From a virus, in the IMG/VR virus record IMGVR_UViG_3300021399_000161, positions 2,449 to 66,448 of that record: 64,000 nt of DNA. One strand, 5' to 3'. A program made the translations under genes and the position numbers. The notes beneath the pieces were generated by a model. The model was not told where the DNA came from. It saw nothing but the letters and a program-made list of their open reading frames with translations, and made no database searches. How positions within the stretch are numbered: position 1 is the first letter of the stretch; each line of letters starts with the position of its first letter. This document shows positions 57,322 through 64,000 of this stretch, in pieces.

Positions 57322-58252
57322 AGGAGTAATAGGAGCAATCATTCTAGGCGTAGTGTTCATCATTGCGCTGATTGTGGGATTTTCATGTGCAAAGAAGGTG
57401 CCTGCCGGATATATCGGTATCGTGTATAGCATGAATGGCGGTGTGTCTGATGAAACACTCAATCAGGGATGGCATATCGTTTCTCCGACGAAGGAAGTTA
57501 CGCTCTACTCTGTCGGCATTGAACAGTCATACCTTACTTCGGGCGAAGACGGAGATTCGGAAGGCGATGACAGCTTTGAGGTGCCGTCTTCTGACGGGAA
57601 AGGCCTGAAAGTAGATCTTACATTCACGTATAGATATGACGCAGACAAGGTGACAAACCTGTTTACACGGTTTAAGGGCCAATCTGGCAAAGAAGTCCGA
57701 GACTCGTTCATCAAGCCGAACATTATTTCCTGGACGAAGGAAGTAACAGCAAAGTATCCGGTTACAGATATTCTCGGAGACGAAAGAGCCAATCTGAATA
57801 TCGCTTTGTCAGAGTATATTTCGGAGAAGTTCGCTCCATATGGCATCATCATCGAAAACGTATCTCTGATCGATATTGACGCAGATGATGAAACCAGAGC
57901 ACAGGTTCAGAAAAAGGTAAACGCACAGCAGGAGCTAGAGCTGGCGAAGATTGAAAAACAGACCGCGACGGTTCAGGCCAACAAAGACAAAGAAGTGGCT
58001 TTGATTAAGGCTGAACAGGACAAGGAGACTGCTGAGATTGAGGCGGAACAAGAAAAGATAAAGGCACAAGGCAAGGCTGATGCAATGAAGATTGAGGCAG
58101 AGGCAGAGGCCATGGCAAATGAGATGGTGGCTAAATCACTGACGCCGGAGTTGATCGAGAATAACAAAATCGACAAATGGGATGGAAAGCTCCCAACCAT
58201 TCAGGGGTCCGGTGCAGCAATCGTGGATGTGGGGAGTATCGGAGAGGAGTAA
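57314..58252 (+). CDS. SPFH/band-7 (stomatin/prohibitin-like) membrane protein
   Basis: N-terminal TM followed by an SPFH-like core and an E/A/K-rich coiled-coil tail. Confidence 0.65.
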   Translation: MNKGVIGAIILGVVFIIALIVGFSCAKKVPAGYIGIVYSMNGGVSDETLNQGWHIVSPTKEVTLYSVGIEQSYLTSGEDGDSEGDDSFEVPSSDGKGLKVDLTFTYRYDADKVTNLFTRFKGQSGKEVRDSFIKPNIISWTKEVTAKYPVTDILGDERANLNIALSEYISEKFAPYGIIIENVSLIDIDADDETRAQVQKKVNAQQELELAKIEKQTATVQANKDKEVALIKAEQDKETAEIEAEQEKIKAQGKADAMKIEAEAEAMANEMVAKSLTPELIENNKIDKWDGKLPTIQGSGAAIVDVGSIGEE

Positions 58253-58254
58253 CT

Positions 58255-58560
58255 ATGCCGCCAAAAGACATTCAACCACATGAACTTTTATTCAGCGCAG
58301 ATAATGGCAAGACGTATCAGCCAATGGCGCATATAACTGATGTGCCGGAGATGGTTGTTCCAGATGGATTATCAGAAAATGAAATGTTTGATTTTCAGTT
58401 TCCGCAGGAAATGACGATAACTGTAAACATCAGTCATAAACCATACTGGATGCGTGCCATGTTTGGAGATGCTAAGTCTATCCCGAATAACTGGCTGAAG
58501 ATGCACGGATTTCCAATGCGGAGGAGAAAAACGAAATGGAAATCAAAGAAGGAAAGGTGA
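58255..58560 (+). CDS. hypothetical protein
   Basis: RBS GGAGAGGAG before ATG. Confidence 0.4.
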   Translation: MPPKDIQPHELLFSADNGKTYQPMAHITDVPEMVVPDGLSENEMFDFQFPQEMTITVNISHKPYWMRAMFGDAKSIPNNWLKMHGFPMRRRKTKWKSKKER

Positions 58561-58877
58561 AGGATTTTAAACACTTCGTCGAGATCAATAGCAACGATGG
58601 TTATTCCTACGGTGTTGTGAAGTACATGCACTGGTGGACCGATCTGATGGAAGCGGAAATGGCGAAGGGTAAGAAGCTGGAAGACATTGCCGAGAAGACT
58701 TCCCACGATGCCAACAAAGAAGGTATTACCGGCTTCATGTACGGATATGCGGTGGCTGCGCTTGCTGACTTCTGGGAGTACGGGGAAGAGCTGAGACAGT
58801 GGCATAACGGCAAGTACGGCCATTATGGCGATGGAGTGGTCAATCCGGCAATCATAACCGTTAGGGAGAAGAAATGA
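58536..58877 (+). CDS. hypothetical protein
   Basis: 113-aa ORF. Confidence 0.4.
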   Translation: MEIKEGKVKDFKHFVEINSNDGYSYGVVKYMHWWTDLMEAEMAKGKKLEDIAEKTSHDANKEGITGFMYGYAVAALADFWEYGEELRQWHNGKYGHYGDGVVNPAIITVREKK

Positions 58878-59047
58878 GTATCAGCCGAGAAAACCAAGTT
58901 AAGATCGTCAACGCTATCGGGCAGTACCTGGCGGACCATGCGGACGAACTTTACCTGATAGAGTGCTCTGACCTGACGGGCAATGATATTTGGATACACC
59001 TAAGGAGATGTGAGGCGAAAGATGAGAATCGCAGCCAACAAGGGAAA
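58874..59047 (+). CDS. hypothetical small protein
   Basis: ATGA overlap with upstream gene; RBS AGGGAGAAG; under the ORF-track length cutoff. Confidence 0.3.
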
Positions 59048-59195
59048 TGATTATCCCGTTATCTGCGCAGAATGCCGAGATACGGGCAGGATAACCAGAT
59101 TGCCGGATGGCAACCATCTGACATGCGCCTTGATGGATGAGCGGCCAGTATGGGGCAGTAAACCGAAGTGGTGTCCGAAGGAGAAACACACATGA
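59022..59195 (+). CDS. small Cys-containing protein
   Basis: VICAECRDTGR...CA...WCPK. Confidence 0.3.
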   Translation: MRIAANKGNDYPVICAECRDTGRITRLPDGNHLTCALMDERPVWGSKPKWCPKEKHT

Positions 59196-59812
59196 TCATT
59201 GCAGTAGACAAAGCCCAAAAAGAAGGCAAACACGACATCAAGCACCGGCAGCTCATGGATCTGGGGCACAAACTTGGATACCTGCCGCTCCCTGTCGGGG
59301 ATTACATCGTGGTGGATGATGCGGTCAAGGAAGTCATTCGGAGGCGTGGAGACAAGCTGAAGAAGATGGATCTGCTGGGGGTAACGAAGAGGAGTGTGGA
59401 TTCCAAGTTCGGAATGACCGAAATATACGGCAACGTAATCGGCAAATCCCATCCCCGTTTCCGTGATGAATGCATCTTGGCACAGCAGAACCACATCGAC
59501 TTCTACGTGCTGATCGAGTCCGCCCCGGAAGTAGGTTCTCTGGAGGATGTGAAGAATTGGAAGAACTGGAAACAGTTGTACGCCTACTGCCGCAGGAACC
59601 GTATCAAGACCGGTCAGGGCATGATGGACAGGATCGAAGAATTCGTCCGGCATGGTGGTCAGAAGCCACCTGTTGACGGAGAGCAACTGTACAAGGCCAT
59701 GGTGACCATGTCCGAGAAGTACGATGTACACTGGCGGTTCTGCTCCCCAGAAAATGCCGGGAAAGCGATTGTGGAATTATTGAGTGGTGATCACCAGTCA
59801 AGTGACAACTGA
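59192..59812 (+). CDS. hypothetical protein, possible nuclease (weak ERCC4/PD-(D/E)xK-like GDYIVVDD motif)
   Basis: VGDYIVVDDAVKEVIRRRGDKLKK; function uncertain. Confidence 0.4.
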   Translation: MIIAVDKAQKEGKHDIKHRQLMDLGHKLGYLPLPVGDYIVVDDAVKEVIRRRGDKLKKMDLLGVTKRSVDSKFGMTEIYGNVIGKSHPRFRDECILAQQNHIDFYVLIESAPEVGSLEDVKNWKNWKQLYAYCRRNRIKTGQGMMDRIEEFVRHGGQKPPVDGEQLYKAMVTMSEKYDVHWRFCSPENAGKAIVELLSGDHQSSDN

Positions 59813-59844
59813 GCAACCAACCAAGAAGGGAGGAACCCAAAGCC

Positions 59845-60153
59845 ATGCATAAGCCAGATGGATGTACCTACCCTGATTGCTTCTCCTGCCAACTCCCTGA
59901 CTGCTCATACAGTGAACGGGAGATATTTCTCGATAGACAGGCCGCAAATATGCGGAAACGACGAAAAGCCAAGCCGGAGCAATACCTGGCAGCCCAGAGG
60001 AGACAGCGGGCTGCCATGGAGGCAAAGGATCCCGGACACTATGCCAGACTGGCAAGGGAATATCGGAAGCGGAAAAAGCAGAAGCACAACGCCGTAGAAA
60101 TCGAAATGAAATGGTTAAAGATGACGATATCGAAAACATCCGGCAAACAGTGA
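59845..60153 (+). CDS. small basic Cys-rich protein
   Basis: CTYPDCFSCQLPDC motif; K/R-rich tail. Confidence 0.4.
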   Translation: MHKPDGCTYPDCFSCQLPDCSYSEREIFLDRQAANMRKRRKAKPEQYLAAQRRQRAAMEAKDPGHYARLAREYRKRKKQKHNAVEIEMKWLKMTISKTSGKQ

Positions 60154-60680
60154 CGATGCGGGAGCTGGCAACGTCCTACGGGTACAAGGTCACGCCATCC
60201 GGGTTCTGTAGATGCCCATTCCACAACGATAAGTCCCCGAGCATGAAGATCTACGATGGGCAGCGCGGCTACTACTGCTTCGTCTGCAATAAGGGCGGGG
60301 ATATCTACGATTTCGTGATGGAACATGATGGCGTAGGCTTTGAGGCCGCTGTCAGGAGCATCGCAGACCGATTTGGTATCCACATAAGTGATGGGAAGGA
60401 AGTCAGTCAGGAAGCCCGTCAGAGGATGCTTGAACGGCAACGAGAACGGGAGGCTATGCAGAATGCAGAAGCCGCCAGACAGAAGCGGTTGCAAGCCCTG
60501 TCTGGGGAAATTCAGCTGATGAAAGACTGGTTGGAGAAATGTACGTCCCCGGTCAGCCCACCCTGGAGGGAGAAGAATACATCCACAATCAGCCCACTCT
60601 GGATGGCTCTCCAGAAGCGCATCGAAAACCTTTCCCTTGAATGGGAATACTTGTTTGCCGGACATGATAGGCACACCTGA
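60111..60680 (+). CDS. CHC2 zinc-finger protein (DnaG-primase-type zinc-binding domain only)
   Basis: CRCPFHNDKSPSMKIYDGQRGYYCFVCNKGGDIYDFV; no TOPRIM domain evident. Confidence 0.6.
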   Translation: MVKDDDIENIRQTVTMRELATSYGYKVTPSGFCRCPFHNDKSPSMKIYDGQRGYYCFVCNKGGDIYDFVMEHDGVGFEAAVRSIADRFGIHISDGKEVSQEARQRMLERQREREAMQNAEAARQKRLQALSGEIQLMKDWLEKCTSPVSPPWREKNTSTISPLWMALQKRIENLSLEWEYLFAGHDRHT

Positions 60681-60716
60681 AGTTCATAATCCAACCAGAA
60701 AGAAGGTGAAACATAT

Positions 60717-61220
60717 ATGGATCTGAAACCCATTGGCAAGGCATACGGCGTGACATGTGATATCGCGGAGAAATATTACGGGAAGCCGCTATTCTATTTG
60801 CCTGAGATGATGGCGGAAATGAAGGACTCCGGAAACAGAGAGTGGGTCGAGACCGAGAAAGCATTCCCGATTCCCTTATACTCCAAGCTGACAGACATCA
60901 TTGTCAGGTATTTCTGGAGAGGTTTCCCGTGCATCCGGAAGGAAACCATCAAGCCCGCAATCCTGACCGCATGGAAATACCACAAGAAGTATCTCTTGCA
61001 GCTATTCGAACCAGGCGGACCGCCGAAGGATCTGATGGATGTGATGGTGGCGGAGGCGAACCCCATCATCCTGGACGCTTCGGCTCAATGCATTGACAGG
61101 GATTTTCTTACAGAACTCTGTTTTCAGGCCGCAGATGATGTGGCGAGGCGTCTGGAGAAGATTGAGCAGGTTATGGCCATGGCGGAGCCGGAGACAGAGA
61201 CCACTGAAAAAGCGGATTGA
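60717..61220 (+). CDS. hypothetical protein
   Basis: 167-aa ORF. Confidence 0.4.
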   Translation: MDLKPIGKAYGVTCDIAEKYYGKPLFYLPEMMAEMKDSGNREWVETEKAFPIPLYSKLTDIIVRYFWRGFPCIRKETIKPAILTAWKYHKKYLLQLFEPGGPPKDLMDVMVAEANPIILDASAQCIDRDFLTELCFQAADDVARRLEKIEQVMAMAEPETETTEKAD

Positions 61221-61244
61221 CAAGGGAACCAGAGGTAAAGGGGA

Positions 61245-61433
61245 ATGGATGGGAACCACAGGGCGAAGGATAACGCCACGGATAAGTTCATCCGTTGGGC
61301 GAAGAGGACGGGGAAATTGAAGAATTCATATATGGATAAATTCTACAAACCATCTAAGGAGGCGCTGTTTCAGTTGGAACGAATGCGGAGACAGGCCGCA
61401 AAGGGGGAGAGCAAAGATGAGCCGGGATCATAA
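61245..61433 (+). CDS. hypothetical small protein
   Basis: 62-aa ORF. Confidence 0.3.
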   Translation: MDGNHRAKDNATDKFIRWAKRTGKLKNSYMDKFYKPSKEALFQLERMRRQAAKGESKDEPGS

Positions 61434-61454
61434 AGCGAGAGGGGGCGCAAAAAG

Positions 61455-62009
61455 ATGATCTATGACGAGAAAGACCGGGCACTCAAGGCATACTGCCGTC
61501 AGTTTGCGATGTGTGATGAATGTCCGATTGACACAGAAATGCCGAACCACAAGTGTGGCCAGGGGTACACATTCGGGTATCACGCCTTCAACTCGGCAGA
61601 CCTTAACGATATGTTTGCGATAGCCTTTGCTGGGATGTCAGATCAGGAAGTGAAAGAGATGTATCTGGATGAAACACCAGACCAGACGGAGGCCAACCCT
61701 GACAGTCAGACGGCTGACCAGACAGCGAAAGCGGACGCGGGAAAGCCAGAACTGTCAATGGTTCCGAAAGAAATCATTTACTCCATCGAGCGTGTACGCC
61801 GGTTTGGGAATCAGAAATACGGTTCTCCCGACAACTGGCGGAATGTGAGCATTGACCGATACTGGGAGGCGTTCCTACGTCACACACTGGCGGCATGGAA
61901 CAATATTGAGGCGGTAGATCAGGAAAGCGGGCTGTTGGCAATTGAGCATTGTGCCTGCAACCTGGCTTTCATTCTGGAGCTGATGAAGGAGAAACGCAAC
62001 AATGATTGA
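61455..62009 (+). CDS. hypothetical protein with N-terminal Cys cluster; C-terminus possibly MazG/NTP-pyrophosphohydrolase-like
   Basis: CDECPIDTEMPNHKC; IERVRRFGNQKYG...AIEHCACNLAFILEL; weak call. Confidence 0.35.
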   Translation: MIYDEKDRALKAYCRQFAMCDECPIDTEMPNHKCGQGYTFGYHAFNSADLNDMFAIAFAGMSDQEVKEMYLDETPDQTEANPDSQTADQTAKADAGKPELSMVPKEIIYSIERVRRFGNQKYGSPDNWRNVSIDRYWEAFLRHTLAAWNNIEAVDQESGLLAIEHCACNLAFILELMKEKRNND

Positions 62010-62086
62010 AGTAAAAATCATAACCGCCTGCCTGATGTGGTTGGTTGGGGCGCTGGCGGTGTTTGAGTGGCTGAAGGGGTGAGGGG

Positions 62087-62302
62087 ATGAGGCTGGTAAA
62101 CGAAGAAACCGGAATGGAAATCGGAGTTGCGAATATGCCGGGCAGGGTTAAACCCTGTCTGATAGTCAAAACGGATAACGTGACAACCAAATACGCCTCA
62201 TTCAACAACGATTTTGCGGCCGACCGGTTTATGGAATTGTTATCGGATTTTGTGGGGGCGCATAGCGATGAAGATAGGCCTGATAGATGTGGATGGTCAT
62301 AA
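62087..62302 (+). CDS. hypothetical small protein
   Basis: 71-aa ORF. Confidence 0.3.
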   Translation: MRLVNEETGMEIGVANMPGRVKPCLIVKTDNVTTKYASFNNDFAADRFMELLSDFVGAHSDEDRPDRCGWS

Positions 62303-63222
62303 TTTCCCGAATCTCCCACTGATGAAGCTGTCAGCATGGCACAAGGCACAGGGAGACAGCGTGGAGTGGTATCAACCGTTGTTTTCCGGGCATCTGGATA
62401 GTGTGTATATGTCCAAGGTATTCAGTTTCACGCCTGATTATGAATACCCGGTAAATGCGGATCAGGTAATCAAGGGCGGGTCTGGATACTGCATCGACCT
62501 GGTGGGCGGGAAAGAAACCTATCACGCCGAGAGAGACAGACCACTGCCTGATGAGGTTGAGCATATCTATCCAGACTATAGTCTTTACCCTGACCTGACG
62601 AAGGACACGGCTTTCGGCTTCCTGACAAGGGGCTGCCCCCGTGGATGTGGATTTTGCCATGTTGCAACAAAAGAGGGGGGGGCGTTCACACAAAGTATCA
62701 GAGTTACGGGAATTCTGGAACGGTCAAAAGAACATCATCTTATGCGATCCGAATATACTGGCCTGCCGGGAACATCCGAGACTTCTTCGGCAGTTGGCAG
62801 ACAGCAAGGCAAGGGTGAACTTCAACCAAGGATTAGACATCCGGCTGATCAATGACCGCAATCTTGACCTGATACGACAGATACGCCTTGACAGCATCCA
62901 CTTTGCATTTGATCGATGGCAGGACAAAGATATCATAGAGCCGCGCCTGAGAGCGTTTGCGGAAAAGACAGGCTATGACCGGAACAAGGGAAGGGTGATG
63001 GTTTACATCCTCTGCAACTATGACACGACACTTGAGCAGGACATTTACCGCATCCAGTTATGCAGGGAATTGAATTTCAGTCCGTATCCGATGATATATG
63101 ACAAGGCGCATTGTGATCCGGTCTACAGGCAGCTACAAAGGTGGTGCAACAACTTTATTTTTTGGAAAGTACAGACGTTTGAGGAGTACAGGAAACATGG
63201 GAACCAACACAGCAAAAGATGA
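62268..63222 (+). pseudogene. radical SAM protein gene interrupted by a frame change at a G8 homopolymer (62675-62682)
   Basis: CPRGCGFC is a CxxxCxxC radical-SAM motif in ORF 62214..62855; the protein continues in the next frame (ORF 62641..63222); removing one G restores a single ORF of about 318 aa. Confidence 0.55.
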
Positions 63223-63427
63223 ACACTGCGGAACCTGCCGCTATCACCGATACGACAAGAACAGCCAGGACTACATCTGTACCTGTCCCGAGAGCGAGTT
63301 TATCCGGGTCATCGCGCAATACCTGATTGACCAAGCCGATGAGCTTTGCGTGGTGGAGTGTTCGGATAATGATGGCGAGATTCGCATACGCCTGATGCAC
63401 ACGAAGGGACAGGCAGACGTTAAGTGA
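63197..63427 (+). CDS. small Cys-rich protein
   Basis: RBS GGAGTACAGGAAAC; CGTCRYH...CTCPES. Confidence 0.35.
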   Translation: MGTNTAKDEHCGTCRYHRYDKNSQDYICTCPESEFIRVIAQYLIDQADELCVVECSDNDGEIRIRLMHTKGQADVK

Positions 63428-63460
63428 AGAAACAGCCGGGATTATGGAGGAGGTAAAAGC

Positions 63461-63733
63461 ATGGGAATTATGTTGGGCAACCAAACGCCAGACCAGATTG
63501 CAAGGCGATTAAAAATTGAATTGTCCGAGGAACACAGGGCGGAGCTGTTGGAGACATGGCAGCAGAAGGCAGAAAATATAGCAGTAGATAAGTGGCACTG
63601 TTTCGATATTCCGTTCATGATGGTGTGCGGGAGCAAGGAGGTAGCAGAAAAGTTACGGGATATGTTCCTGACATACGACTTAAGCAAGGGCGAGCGGTTT
63701 CAGATAGCGTGGCAACAACAGCCGGGATTATAG
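63461..63733 (+). CDS. hypothetical protein
   Basis: RBS GGAGGAGGTAAAAGC before ATG. Confidence 0.45.
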   Translation: MGIMLGNQTPDQIARRLKIELSEEHRAELLETWQQKAENIAVDKWHCFDIPFMMVCGSKEVAEKLRDMFLTYDLSKGERFQIAWQQQPGL

Positions 63734-63742
63734 GAGGGGACA

Positions 63743-63967
63743 ATGGAAGATTTTGAAGTAGGCGAATATATCATCTATCACAATGGCGAAAAATACGAGC
63801 TAGGCAGGGTTGCGAGTCTGCGGGATGACGGAGCTTTTGTTTGCTATCATGGCGGCGAAACAGCCGCAAAGACGCCGTATGACCATATGCACAAGCTGAT
63901 TAATGCTTACGTGCTGAAAGAGACGCTGTTAGGCGGCGGACGGTTTGAACGGGAGGCAGATACATGA
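63743..63967 (+). CDS. hypothetical protein
   Basis: RBS TAGGAGGGGACA before ATG. Confidence 0.45.
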   Translation: MEDFEVGEYIIYHNGEKYELGRVASLRDDGAFVCYHGGETAAKTPYDHMHKLINAYVLKETLLGGGRFEREADT

Positions 63968-64000
63968 ACATGAAGAAATTCACCGCCGAACGTGACGAAG

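Overview
This window reads as a near-complete temperate siphovirus-type phage genome of about 64 kb, in its excised or circularly permuted arrangement. The order is lysis genes, then attP, then integrase and repressor, so the lysogeny module lies in the middle and no host genes are visible. Ribosome-binding sites are GGAGG-like and gene content suggests a Firmicutes (Clostridia-like) host, though that is a guess. Modules from start to end: (1) replication, with an HNH endonuclease, a P4/D5-type SF3 helicase flanked by two large iteron arrays, and a compact ThyX-like gene; (2) about 1 kb of T-depleted GC-rich non-coding DNA, an RHH regulator with direct-repeat operators, and small early genes; (3) a second 1.2 kb non-coding tract with a palindromic TGCCCC motif cluster, an AT-rich region and direct repeats just upstream of terS, a candidate cos/pac region; (4) packaging, with terS, HNH and terL; (5) the head module, where the capsid gene appears split by an HNH homing-endonuclease insertion (candidate group I intron) and a possible -1 frameshift extension; (6) the tail module, with a 2280-aa tape measure and a 1209-aa fibre; (7) a shufflon-like tail-fibre C-terminus switching locus, made of one expressed fibre-tip gene, a tyrosine recombinase and three inverted promoterless alternative C-terminal cassettes, all sharing a TAAACTCGAA core site; (8) holin and a four-domain endolysin; (9) a moron between two terminators, then attP with a tRNA 3'-end fragment and arm-type repeats; (10) integrase, an ImmA-like protein and a CI/Cro switch with GTTCAA/TTGAAC operators; (11) an early region with ParB-like, two GIY-YIG, an SMC-like ATPase, RecT, MBL-fold, SSB and SPFH proteins, a CHC2 zinc-finger protein, and a radical-SAM gene broken at a G8 tract. 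Functional calls are made by eye from motifs, not database searches. No rRNA or CRISPR array is seen, and the only tRNA-like element is the partial 3'-end fragment in attP.
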